A stretch of 37,390 nt of DNA, taken from the NCBI RefSeq assembly GCF_001194135.2, contig NC_068995.1, positions 29,874,201-29,911,590 on the forward strand, in the 5' to 3' direction. A model generated the notes under the pieces. The model was given only the letters and a program-made list of their open reading frames with translations, did not search any database and was not told where the DNA came from. This document shows, one piece after another, positions 12,147-24,479 of this stretch (positions within the stretch are counted from its first letter, which is position 1; each line of letters opens with the position of its first letter). The DNA is from Octopus bimaculoides (taxonomy: Eukaryota). The position numbers were made by a program, and so were the translations under genes.

Positions 12147-13200
12147 ATGTTCGTTGGCTATGGTGAGGCCCAAATATTCTCAAGTTTCACTGGTCCCACT
12201 CCCGAACTATATGGCCGTTATATTGACGACTGTATCGGTGCAACCTCACTCTCCCATGAATATCTAGACTCTTTCCTCTCTTTTGTCAAATCTTTCCATC
12301 CTGCCCACCAATTCTCCTGCACTATCTCTGACACCTCTGTCTCCTTTCTTGACATTTCGGTCAGCATTCATCACTTCACTCTCACCACCTCCATCCACTA
12401 TAAACACAAAGACTCACACTCATACCTCAACTTCTCCTCCTCCCACCCTAAACACACCAAGCTTTCCATCCCCTCTTCCCAATTCCTCTGTCTACACAGG
12501 CTCTGTAGTGACGACCATGACTTTGAGACTCAGTCTCAACTCATGGCTCGCCATTTCATCCTACGTGGATATCCCCTCACCACTATCCACACCACCCTTG
12601 CCAGAGCACGTTCTGTGGACCCTGCANNNNNNNNNNNNNNNNNNNNNNNNNNNNNNNNNNNNNNNNNNNNNNNNNNNNNNNNNNNNNNNNNNNNNAGTCC
12701 GACCCCTCCACTTCACACATCTTCCCCAACCAACCCTTCCCCTCCTTCAAACGAGCCACAACCTACAAGACCACTTGGTCCACAGCTTCTTCCCAAACTC
12801 AACCTCCCAACCTGGCTCGTTCCCTGCTCCTGCCCACGCTGCCGCACTTGCCCTCCTCACCAGCACCCATCATCGACCCTATCACATCACCAACTCCTTC
12901 ACCTGCACTTCCACCAATATCATCTATTGCATCTCCTGCTCTCTCTGCTATTCTCTGTACATCGAACAAACAGGACGCTGCTTGGCTGACTGGGTCACAG
13001 AACACCTCCGAGACATCTGCCTCGGCAATGACACCCCAGTCTCATGCCATTTCCGCTCTACCGGTCACTCTTTGCAACACCTGTCTATGTTCGGATTGTC
13101 CTTGCACAGGGGCCATCCAGACTCCCATTTGTGCCACGAACAGGGAATAATCTTCTCTCATTGCTCCTTTGTGCCACATGGGCTCAATTCTCCTCCCCTT
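12147..13200 (+). pseudogene. Penelope-like element ORF remnant: RT C-terminal half plus GIY-YIG endonuclease, 5'-truncated
   Basis: RYIDDCIG, VSFLDI, SYLNFSSSHP, SIPSSQFLCLHRLCS and RGYP. After the gap: PCSCPRCRTCP and FTCTSTNIIYCISCSLC..LYIEQTGR..DWVTEHLRDI..PVSCHF..GHS..PHGLN. Frameshifted. Confidence 0.92.
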
Positions 13201-14148
13201 GCCTCTTTCCCCTCTCTCCTACTTCCTCCAACCCACCTCTCCTCTCTTGCTCCGACTCCTACTTCTCTTTACTCCTCCTTCTCTTCACTCCTACTTCTCT
13301 TCACCCCTACTCTCTTTCTCTCTTCTCTCATACCCACCTTCCTCTTCCCCCTTCATCATCAACCTTCCCTCATAAGTCCACACCACCCCTATACATTCCT
13401 ACTCCACCTTCCTTGTNNNNNNNNNNNNNNNNNNNNNNNNNNNNNNNNNNNNNNNNNNNNNNNNNNNNNNNNNNNNNNNNNNNNNNNNNNNNNNNNNNNN
13501 NNNNNNNNNNNNNNNNNNNNNNNNNNNNNNNNNNNNNNNNNNNNNNNNNNNNNNNNNNNNNNNNNNNNNNNNNNNNNNNNNNNNNNNNNNNNNNNNNNNN
13601 NNNNNNNNNNNNNNNNNNNNNNNNNNNNNNNNNNNNNNNNNNNCAGCCTAACCCACGCCCCACCCGTGCTTTCCCCACTCTTGCCTCCTCCACCTCCCAA
13701 CACCATCACACCACACCACACTACACCATACCACACAACACATCACATAACAACACACCATCACGCACACGCCAGCACTGACCAGTTCCCATCCCCACAT
13801 TTTCACGCCTACACATACACACACGCACACGTCAAGATCACCAGCCCTCTTTCACACGCACATACATACTTTTACACACATGTGCACCTTCGTTTTGGGA
13901 TCACTAAGACTTTGTTATCACCCCTTCTTCTTAGCTCTCCTGTGTGACCCTTCTGTCTGGCATTCGCCATGATAGATCGCTATCCACTACACACATTTTT
14001 TCTCTCCTTGTTTCTTTCTGTGTTCCTTTCTGTGGAAGATCATAGGTTCAAAACATTAAAGACTTTTTCAATTACCGAGCGTTATACTAATACATCTGTT
14101 TGTTTTCTACACCACCTGTCTTCGTCTTTTGTTTTTTGATGAATTCTC
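13200..14148 (+). repeat. CT/CAC-rich low-complexity tract and probable Penelope 3' UTR/pseudo-LTR
   Basis: Directly follows the GIY-YIG region. The non-repetitive pyrimidine-rich segment 13900-14148 contains a hammerhead-like motif at 14030-14063. Confidence 0.5.
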
Positions 14149-15676
14149 NNNNNNNNNNNNNNNNNNNNNNNNNNNNNNNNNNNNNNNNNNNNNNNNNNNN
14201 NNNNNNNNNNNNNNNNNNNNNNNNNNNNNNNNNNNNNNNNNNNNNNNNNNNNNNNNNNNNNNNNNNNNNNNNNNNNNNNNNNNNNNNNNNNNNNNNNNNN
14301 NNNNNNNNNNNNNNNNNNNNNNNNNNNNNNNNNNNNNNNNNNNNNNNNNNNNNNNNNNNNNNNNNNNNNNNNNNNNNNNNNNNNNNNNNNNNNNNNNNNN
14401 NNNNNNNNNNNNNNNNNNNNNNNNNNNNNNNNNNNNNNNNNNNNNNNNNNNNNCGAAGACCTGTTGAGACAAGTGAAATCGAAATTGAACCAAATTCAAT
14501 GACTCCCATGCCAACCTTTCCTTCATTGGACATCAATCATCACAACACACACCTTCACTCACTCACTCTATCTCTCTTTCTCTCTGTCTCTCTCTCTGTC
14601 TCTCACACATACATGCATGCATACACACACGTTCATTTCTTATACACATACATACATCTTTCCCTTTCTCATCTTCACTTTCTGCTCCCTCTCACTCCCC
14701 TTTTCACTTTCTCTTCTTTCAATTTCTACTCTCTTCAAAGCATAAAGAAATAGATTTTGACAGAATGAGCAAGAGAAGCACAAAATGAGAAAAAGACAGA
14801 GACAGAAAACAAGTTTCTATAGGAGAAGATGAAAGACAGGGATAGCAGGGGACAGAAATGCTGTTGTTTCATACCTTATGTATGTTCTAAAAGTGAGAGA
14901 GAGTGAGAGTGTGTGTGTGTGTGTATGTATGTATGTGTATGTATGTGTGTGTATGTGTCTATGCAAGCATATGTGTTTCGCATATGTTCCTTATGCATTC
15001 GAAAAATTGGGTTGCCCATTTTGATGCATAGGGTATTAAAAGATTCAGTAATTTTTCAGCTTCCAAATATTTACATATATTCTACGTCATCTCAACAACC
15101 AGCTATAGTTATTTGAAAGACACTGCTCTACAATGACCAGGTTTCATTAGAAAGTAAAAATAGTTTCACACTTTCAATTTCAAACAAAATTACAAAGTGT
15201 TGCATTATGTGAGTAACAATGTATCAAGAATGAAAATAATGTTTCACCGAATTAGTCACATCTGTACCGTAATAAAGAAAGTTGCTTATCATCTATAATA
15301 TGATAAGGCTATAATATTGTTTCCCTTTCATTCTTTCACTTTTAATTCTAAAGTGATAACATTAAGATCATCTTTTTTCTATTATATTTGAAATAAATGA
15401 ATAATTTACATCCTAACATGAACAACATTATGCACCAACAACTTTCCGTCATTACGGCCACCACAGCAGAATGTTGTGTCAGTGTATGTGTTGACTGACG
15501 TAACGAACGGCTGGAGATGAAACTCTTGACAAAAAGCAATGAGGAGACAGGTCCAAGGTATATAAAAACATACATTTACCGTTCAATATCCAGTTAATAA
15601 TTATCGCAGCAGTTACAAGATTGCAAAATATTTACAGTTACATATTTACCCTTAAATTAACATTTAATACATGTGC

Positions 15677-15718
<42 letters not shown>

Positions 15719-15989
15719 GAAATTTATCTATAATAATTATTGTGGCATTTACCACTAAATTAGTAGTTCATACATGTGCTTCTGTTTGGTTAATTTATTC
15801 TGCTTACAAAAATAAAAACATACTACATACATACAACTGCTTACAAAAATAGGGATTAATGTCTAATTTTTTNNNNNNNNNNAAATGCATGCTGCAGCAG
15901 TTAATGCTGTATCATTAAATCAATGGTTTAATGATTAGACAGAGGTCCAATAGAATAGGTCTCAGAAACAGACTATGTACAAATTCGTT

Positions 15990-16425
15990 CTTCACAACTT
16001 CTGAAGCTGCTTTCAGATATGATCCATTCCATTCTTATAAAAATGATGACTCTGTCCAAACTGGTGTGCTAAACACAAATTGTCGTTTCTGTAGAGCTTT
16101 AAAATTTTCAAATGGAACAAATGGCATGTGCTGCTCAGGCAGTCAGGTAAGATTGCCAGCACTACCAGCTCCTTCTCAACCTCTTATGAATCTTCTAGAA
16201 GGCTCTTCCATCCAGTCAAAGAATTTTCTGAACAATATCAGACAATACAACTCTGCATTTCAAATGACACCGTTTACTGCATCTAAGAAGATAGTTAAAC
16301 ATGAATTTATGTTGATGTAAAAGTCCAAGGGCAAGTCTGTCACCTCATTGGTTCCCTGATACCCACAAATAAACAACCACAATTCCTCCAAATTTACTTT
16401 ATGAATGATGTAGGACAGCAAACCC
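15990..16425 (+). pseudogene. Helitron RepHel N-terminal remnant
   Basis: AAFRYDP..CRFCRALKF..GMCCSGSQVRLPAL..NFLNNIRQYNSAFQMT, then KVQGQVCHLIGSLIP..QFLQIYF. These motifs typically precede the Helitron Rep domain. Confidence 0.88.
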
Positions 16426-16761
16426 AAAGGCGTCAACATTTCAAATGCAAAAGAGAGTATATCCACTGATAGCTTTTCAGTACATTCAAAAATCACATAA
16501 CCCCCACCCCCAATTTTCCATAACAGGTTAGGGCCTGAAATACTCCAAAAGGACGCATAGCATATCGCTTAGACAAATTAGCCCATCACTTACTCCACAA
16601 ATGTTTTGTTGTCAATGCTGCACTTTCCCATATCACCTGTTTCAACATAACTGTAATATATTATATACAAACTATGCTATTTTAGTATCTCTGCTAGTAT
16701 ATTTAGTATCTCTGCTAGTATATTTATATATCTATGTATTTATGTCTTTGTGTTTCTGTTT

Positions 16762-16830
16762 GTTCCCACCACCACCGCTTGACAACCACTGGTGGTGTGT
16801 TTACATCCCTATAACTTAGCAGTTTGGCTT
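16762..16830 (+). mobile_element. SINE 3' module fragment
   Basis: GCTTGACAACCACTGGTGGTGTGTTTACATCCCTATAACTTAGCAGTTTGGC matches 31765-31820. Confidence 0.65.
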
Positions 16831-17034
16831 TAAAGAAAATAAATACTGAGCTCGATTCAATATCTTGTCTACACTTTCAGAGTGAGCAGACAAGATATTG
16901 TATGATAGCTTAGTTTCATGAAGAATAAAGGATATGTTACTTAGAAAACATATAATGGTTAGTTGCAGGAAGAGCACCCAGCTGTACTAGAATGCAAAAC
17001 ATGTAAAACGAGTGGATGAACATGTTTACATAGG

Positions 17035-17042
17035 TGTATGTT

Positions 17043-17095
<53 letters not shown>

Positions 17096-17289
17096 GTGCG
17101 CACATGCAATCACAGTGCATGAGTATGTGTGTGCATTTGCCTCTCTCTTTCTCTCTCTCTCTCTATATATATATGTATATATGTGTGTGTGTGTGTGTAC
17201 ATATGTATAAAACTATATATACATATGTATATATAGATGTATATGTATGAATATATGTGTATGTATGTATATGTATGTAAATATATATT

Positions 17290-17342
<53 letters not shown>

Positions 17343-17490
17343 TTATTTGTATAGATATGTTTATACATGTGTGTGGATTTGTATAAATATGTATATATAC
17401 ATGTATTTATATATGTGAGTAGATATATATATGTATATACATGTGTGTGTGTAAAAAAATATCTACACATGTGGCTATGTATATGTGTGT
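17035..17490. repeat. Compound (TA)n/(TG)n/(CT)n microsatellite field
   Basis: Directly visible; explains several spurious ORFs. Confidence 0.95.
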
Positions 17491-17729
17491 TTGCATAAAA
17501 TTCCAAATAATACTTATGCTGATTATTTCAATATCTGGGATGAACTCACACAGCTGCTTGGTCCCACTGATGTTTGTTTAATATGTAATTGGTATTCTGG
17601 CACTACAGCAATTAGAACTGCTTCTTTTTTCTTGCTCCTCCTACTTCACATTTTTTCTTCCTTTCATAATGTCTTGCGTCCCATGCCTCAATGCCAAGCA
17701 TTCTCTCATTGCACTTCTTCCACCATCAT

Positions 17730-17945
17730 TTATTACAATCACTACTACTTCACTTACCAGCACACAAGTGCAATGTCATCAATGCTGCCACAAGCTGCAC
17801 TTCCACCACCACCAACACCACCATCGCCATGAACAACAGCTACAACAATACCATAATCACTAATGTAATCCCAACCCACCCTGCCATCTCTACCACTGGT
17901 ATCTACAATATTGCCTCCACCACCACCACCACCATCAGTAAATTT
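17730..17945. repeat. (CAC/ACC/CAT)-rich low-complexity tract
   Basis: Degenerate trinucleotide repeats. Confidence 0.7.
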
Positions 17946-19623
17946 AACATTACGCTACTAGTATTCCTGTTATTTAGCTGACCTCTTTCTCTCTCATTTT
18001 GCTCACTAAGCCATCTCTTCCTCTACCCACCACTTAACCTTGGGGGTAATTCTAATAATGATTATTCATCAGTTAAGATCAGTAAGTTTGGGTTGGTTTC
18101 CCAGTTCTTTAGGGGTGGTAGAGTGGTGAAAAGGAAGGGGTGAGTGAATGTAGGAAATTGCAGAAGGGGAGGTGAGAAACTTTGTCCCAACATTCAACTG
18201 GAGACTTTCTTGCTTATTCAGTTATTTCTGTTTTTGATTCTAAGCACCACTTCCACTTCTACCATTGTCATTTAATCCACTAACAGCACAACTGCTATCA
18301 TAATCATCATCAATTTAACCTTCGTCAACTTCATCATTTCTATTATCATCATCCTAGAAAGTATGGATTAGATGAGTATATTTTTGAAGCATTGTTTTAC
18401 AGCCAGATGCTCTTTATGTGGATACTCCTTGCCTATTTTCCAAATAAAGGGTCTCTTATTCTACACATCTTTGAAGATACAAAGACTCCAGATGATTTTT
18501 TGACTAGACAAATGATGCCATTGCTTCTAGTGAAATGGTTTCAAGTGAAGTACAGATGCTGCACACACACAGATATATGTGTGTGAGTGTGTGTGAGTGT
18601 GTGTGTGTGTGTGTGAGTGTGTATGTGTATTTATATAGTATGTGTGTGTGTGTGTGTGTGCGTGTACATATATGTATGTATGTATGTCCGTCCATCTGTC
18701 CAACAGTACTTAGTCATGCTTATTAAAACCTTACCATTGCATCAGTAACAGTTTATGTCAATATTTGTCCAGTTAAAGTTTCATATGTTGTCTTATAACA
18801 ATGTTGAATAATGTGAATTTTAAATTGCATGTAACCCTGTCTATCTGTTACACTACATCAATCCTATGCCATAGCAACTATATTGTCTGAAGTTTAGAGC
18901 CATGCTGAAGAATATATTATCTCAAGTGGTAGTACCATGGATCTATTGTTTGTATGCTACTATAAACTCAAATGTATGTTTGCACTTTTATATACATATA
19001 TAACTGTAGCCGCCAACTTCCCTAATTCTATCAACTGCATACAGCAACAAAGTTGCTTTAATATGATGTTACATGGAGAGACTCAACTCCAAACAAATGA
19101 ATAAATAAAACAGCTAACTTTGAGACATGAGAATTAGATGATAGCATTCAGTCGGAAACTAATATTTGTCTTGAAACATAAAAATATCAGGATCTTTGCA
19201 AGCACTTCATGGCCCTTGTTCAAACGGTGAGATAGTCTTGTATAAAAACCAGCAAGTGAGGTTCTGTGCAGCAAATTGATATTTTTGTTGTCCAACCAAA
19301 TCTTCTATCATCCCCAGTAAACTTTCTACTGTCTTTGAAATGGAAACCAGATGCTTGAAATCTTAAATATTAAGAAAGTATACCTGCAATTAAGTCGAAT
19401 ACTTTATTTTATCAGCAAAACTATGAGTTAACTACAGCTACCCAGCAGTAGATGCACTACCATTTTACTATACTATAATAAAAGAGCATTTTTGAATAAA
19501 TCTATTACATTTTATTAATACTTTTCCTTTTTTGCTTTGTCACTTTTATCTGAAACTTTGCAACAATAAAAGCAACAGCAAATCAACTTCTTTTGATAAA
19601 AGTGAAAGAAAATGTTTTTTAAA

Positions 19624-19660
<37 letters not shown>

Positions 19661-20801
19661 TGTGTGTGCATACATGCATATGTCTTTATATTATACGCTT
19701 GACTGAATAAACTAAATGTAATGGTGGCAAATAAAAACCAGAGTCTGAGAAAATTAGTGGTGGTCTACAGAGGCAAAAATTATTTAGTAACATTCCTAAA
19801 TTTAGGTAGGTTATATGTCATGGGGAGATGAATCTCCTGACATTTTGAGAAAAGCCCAACATTGAAGAGAGAAGAGGGATGATGGTAAAGTCAATGTTGA
19901 CAGAATTTAAACACAGAAACAGGAGGCCTTAAATCAAATATTGAAAACATTAAAATGGTATCATATGTTTTAAGTTTTAAATGTTAGGACAACATACCTC
20001 CAGTAGGGACGTGATGATTATTGTCAGCAAAATCCTACTGAGGGGCCAACATTCCAGATGTCTTATATCTGTATATCTAGCTATTTAGCTTCTTGCCTGG
20101 CTCTGTCTGATCAGCTACCATCATGGTGTTGGTCACTGAAGCTTAGTTGAATGGGGTTACTCGGCAACAATAGCGATTTTCATTACATAAAATGCTGTCA
20201 GCTTGGTGCAAAGAGGATCAAAATACTTGTAGTACCAGGTCTTCTCAAGTCTAGCATTATTTTTTGCTGGTTCCAATGGATTTGTTACTTTTTTTTATAT
20301 GACAGAAAGCAGGATTCAAACTTGGAATGCACAAAGCCAAAATAGATAACTTGAGGTAGTCTGGCACGCTGAATTGTTTCTTTATTCATCAACTCTGCAA
20401 GATGAAAGACAAAGTTGACTGAAGTGGGATATGAACTTAGAGAGCCAGAACAAATCCTTTAAAGAATTTTCTCTGCTACTGTAAAGATTCTCACTTCAAC
20501 GCTATATGTTTTATGTACACTAGTTCAAACCCATTGCTATGCTGCCTGATAAATATATTTCTAAATCATGCACATACCCTCATAAATTGTGCAAATGCTT
20601 AGACTGACTTTCTTGGTGAACATTAGTAACAGAATATGAGATAAGAAATATGTATACATACATGCATATATGGGTACAGGACATCAAAAAAATGTTAAAC
20701 ACAATGAGAAACGAAAACATAAAAACGAAAACAAAATAAACTTTTTTCAAACAACGAAAAAAACAAACAGAGAAATGAGACATGCAACATAAAGAGTATA
20801 C

Positions 20802-20910
20802 CCATTCATCAGTTGTCCCTGTTCCATCTACTCCGCATTTCGAAGGCAAGGACAACACACAACTTTGTTGGAACAGTCCTTCCCGCAGAGCAAAGTCCAT
20901 TTTGCCTCGT
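20802..20910 (-). other. Candidate isolated exon of an unidentified gene
   Basis: GC/CpG-richer island. Minus-strand acceptor GTCTTTCAATATACAG|, weak donor TGG|GTATAC. One frame is open throughout (RGKMDFALREGLFQQSCVLSLPSKCGVDGTGTTDEW). No homology recognised. Confidence 0.25.
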
Positions 20911-21419
20911 CTGTATATTGAAAGACATACACTTAGAAACAAAAATAAAAATAACTACATGTATCATATATACATATAATCACTTTTTGCAGTTTGTGTT
21001 CCATTGTATTGAGTTGCACTTAAAATTCCTATGTTTTTAATCAAAACTCATTAATTACTATGGTGATAACAATACCTACCTATCTATCTATCTTTCACAG
21101 ACAAGCACACACACCCTCTTTCTCCTCTCTCTTTCTCTCTCAACAACAACAACCTTTTCTCCACCCCTTCTTTTATTCAAAGTTAAAGTCTTTTTTAAAG
21201 TCTATATTGCATTTCCTTTATGTTGAAAGACACAAAAACACACACACAACTTAAAAGAAATAACTGTATCTGTTTCAAAACCTGTTAGTTATGTTGGTGG
21301 CAACACTACCTATCTATCTTTCACACACTCTCTCTCACTGTATTTCTCTTTCAACAACTTTTTCTCCTCTCCTTTTACCCTCCCTCTAATAAATGTAACA
21401 GAGACAGACTATGTTATCA

Positions 21420-21500
21420 ACACTTTCTACTCTACATCTTTCTATCTATCCATCCATCCATCCATCCATCCATCTATCTATCTATCTATGTTTCACACAT

Positions 21501-21568
<68 letters not shown>

Positions 21569-21590
21569 GCACATTTCTCTCTCAACTTTT
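21420..21590. repeat. (CTAT)n/(CCAT)n/(CT)n/(CA)n microsatellite cluster
   Basis: Directly visible. Confidence 0.9.
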
Positions 21591-22479
21591 TCTCTTCCTC
21601 TTCTAAAAATACATTGTAATGTATATTTCACTTTCTCCCCTTCTTTCCCTCCCTCTTATAGATGTTACAGACAGACAGACATGGAGATTTGCTTGTTTTT
21701 TATAACATAAGAAGTATGTATGTATGTAAAATTATAAATATTTTAATTATGTTCTGTCTACAAAATTCACATTTACACATGCACATCCACACTCACATGC
21801 ATGCTCTGACATATGTATGGNNNNNNNNNNNNNNNNNNNNNNNNNNNNNNNNNNNNNNNNNNNNNNNNNNNNNNNNNNNNNNNNNNNNNNNNNNNNNNNN
21901 NNNNNNNNNNNNNNNNNNNNNNNNNNNNNNNNNNNNNNNNNNNNNNNNNNNNNNNNNNNNNNNNNNNNNNNNNNNNNNNNNNNNNNNNNNNNNNNNNNNN
22001 NNNNNNNNNNNNNNNNNNNNNNNNNNNNNNNNNNNNNNNNNNNNNNNNNNNNNNNNNNNNNNNNNNNNNNNNNNNNNNNNNNNNNNNNNNNNNNNNNNNN
22101 NNNAAAAGAATATACATACATAATAATAATATAGATTTAATCAAAAGATTAAATGTAGTACTTAAAATGTTTGAGGCACCAGAATTTGGTAGGGTAAAAA
22201 CCAAAAACAAAATCAAGAGATTTGGTGAATAAAATTTGAAGAAAAGCAATAAAAATTCAATAGGTTATAGCAGTACGTACGTTTCGTACATGCTTCCTTT
22301 ATTCATGTAGTGAGAACACTACATAAAATGTACAATTAAAATGTACTCCTCAGCTGCATAATGGAATTTCATTTTAGAAAGTCATTTTGTAGATGTGTGC
22401 AAAAAACAAGAGTAAGAGAAGAAAAAATACCATCTTGACTATGCTGATGGTATCACATTGCTCCTAGCTAATTATGCTA

Positions 22480-22605
<126 letters not shown>

Positions 22606-22974
22606 AAATACATACATACATACATGTGGTTTGTGGAACATGACCCATTTGTGTTATTGTTTATTCTTCACCTAACCTGGAATCTTCCATACATTTGGAT
22701 TTGATGCCTATAGTCAACTGTGGAATACATGCAGTTAGTGTACTCCTGTTTGACGTTGATGATATGTTGTGTATTCTGTCTCTATTTGAGAATGTGTGCA
22801 TAAATGGAAGGACAAACCTGTATTCACGTTAGTAATTTAGTTAGTATGTATATGTCAGTACACATTGTGGGTTCACCAGTGCTCCAATCCTAACTCTAAC
22901 TTGGTGCTTTTACTCTTTAAGTACCAGATTATTTTGGATCCTGAAAATTTTATTTCATATATATATATATATAT

Positions 22975-23455
22975 ATCATCATCGTTTAACGTCCGCTTTC
23001 CATGCTAGCATGGGTTGGACGATTTGACTGAGGACTGATGGACCAGATGGCTACACCAGGCTCCAGTCTGATTTGGCAGAGTTTCTACAGCTGGATGCCC
23101 TTCCTAACGCCAACCACTCCGAAAGTGTAGTGGGTGCTTTTACGTGCCACTGGCACGAAGGCCAGTCAGGCGGTACTGGCAACAGCCACGCTCAAAATGG
23201 TGTATTTTACATGCCACCTGCACAGGAGCCAGTCCAGCAGTACTGGCAACGATCTCGCTCGAATGTCTTTTCACAGGCCCGCTCGAATGTTTTTTCACGT
23301 GCCACTGGCACAAGTGCCGGGAAGGCGATGTTGGTAATGATCATGCTTAAATGGTGCTATTTACGTGCCACCGGCACGGAAGCCAGACAGCTGGTGCTCT
23401 GGCAACAATCACGCTCGAATAGTGCTCTTAGTGCTCCACTGGTACAGGTGCCGTC
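22975..23455 (-). mobile_element. Young RTE-type 3' tail with ~5 minisatellite units
   Basis: Reverse complement of 71-254 over ~170 bp. Units beginning GTGCTTTTACGTGCCAC recur near 23134, 23200, 23288, 23354 and 23422. Confidence 0.85.
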
Positions 23456-23479
23456 CCTCTGCCTTTACCTCTCTCTCTT

Positions 23480-23975
23480 CTCTTCCCACGTGACCGATGT
23501 TCGGCCAAGCGTCATCTTTCTTTGTTGGCTGACCATTGTGCGTGCAACATCGTTATTCCTTCCTGTGCCTGTGAAATCTTGTATTCCTGCCGTAAGGCCT
23601 TATTTCCACAACGCCAGCTTAATTTAATTCGTCCTTAGTCGAACGATATCTGTTGTTATGTCCTGTTTTATTATTTTTATTGTATTTGTGTGACATTGTT
23701 CGTTTTTTTTTTTCCGTCCTTGTTTTTGTATACATTCGCTGTTTTCTTCCAAGAAATCTAATCCTCTTAGCTTAGATTTTCTTTGAGGCTGGCCAGATTG
23801 GAGCAATATCGAGAATAACCAGCTGAAATTGCAAGGATAATCTGGATCTCGACTGAAGAGAGAAAACTCCGAATGACATGTCCGTGTTTTCTTTGTATCG
23901 TCTATCTGTATGTTTTGTCCCTTTTTTGTATCACCTAACTGTCTGGATGTCTTGCGTCCTTGTCCCATTCTGTAT
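23480..23975 (+). mobile_element. CpG-retaining pyrimidine-rich repeat, probably a Penelope-type pseudo-LTR or non-autonomous element with a hammerhead-like core
   Basis: CTGAAGA-GAG-AAAA-CTC-C-GAA-T-GACATGTC at 23853-23882. Composition resembles 13900-14148. Confidence 0.45.
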
Positions 23976-24479
23976 TATTTATACATATATATATATAGCA
24001 GTGTACGTACAACTTGTCTCTTATATATATGTATATATACACTAGACTTACTACCCAGTCTTGCCCAGTAAAGTATTCACGGAATTCTTTGTCAGTTTGT
24101 AGAATGGGAATTCACGTACTTATGCATGTATATATATCTAACCTAACTTCTGGACTTATTTAATTGGAACTATCCAAACAATAGTAATCAATTTACGTGA
24201 GTAGAAACTTTTTTTAACAATTTTTATCCTGAAAATCACCTGTTACTTTTGTTTTAAAATGAAAGAGAGGAAAAAGTGAAAGTTGTATGAACGCGTATAT
24301 GAAATGGACGTATGTGTGTGTGTATGAGAGAGAGAGAGAGAGAGAGAGAGAGCCATTTACACATACATGAGATCACACACGTTCACTCACTCACACAGAT
24401 ACATGCACACATACATACAAAAGAGCTGTATGCATATGTACTGATGTATGTACGTATACATGACAGCACACCCTTTCAC

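Noticed and set aside
12283-13947. 554-aa ORF as an intact gene
   Set aside because: Only the central part is the GIY-YIG frame of a frameshifted Penelope relic; the rest is off-frame, low-complexity or gap.
18340-18560. ~70-codon open frame (KYGLDEYIFEALFYSQ...)
   Set aside because: Contains TTTTACAGCCAGATGCTCTT, similar to the repeat-tail motif seen elsewhere in the window; likely an old repeat.
19130-19330. Possible small exons near ACG|GTGAGA and CAA|GTGAGG
   Set aside because: No convincing acceptor and no recognisable peptide in any frame.
19980-20052. C-box GTGATGA and D-box CTGA within a hairpin (snoRNA or miRNA candidate)
   Set aside because: The boxes are only ~20 nt apart with no terminal stem outside them. 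The hairpin has large internal loops and the context looks like an old repeat.
23134-23455. Regularly spaced repeats as a CRISPR-like array
   Set aside because: The units are degenerate along their whole length with no unique spacers, lie in a LINE 3' UTR, and there are no cas genes; eukaryotic context.
24040-24090. ACTAG..TACCCAGTCTTGCCCAG as a reverse Helitron 3' end
   Set aside because: The expected subterminal hairpin is not intact and there is no linked Helitron sequence.
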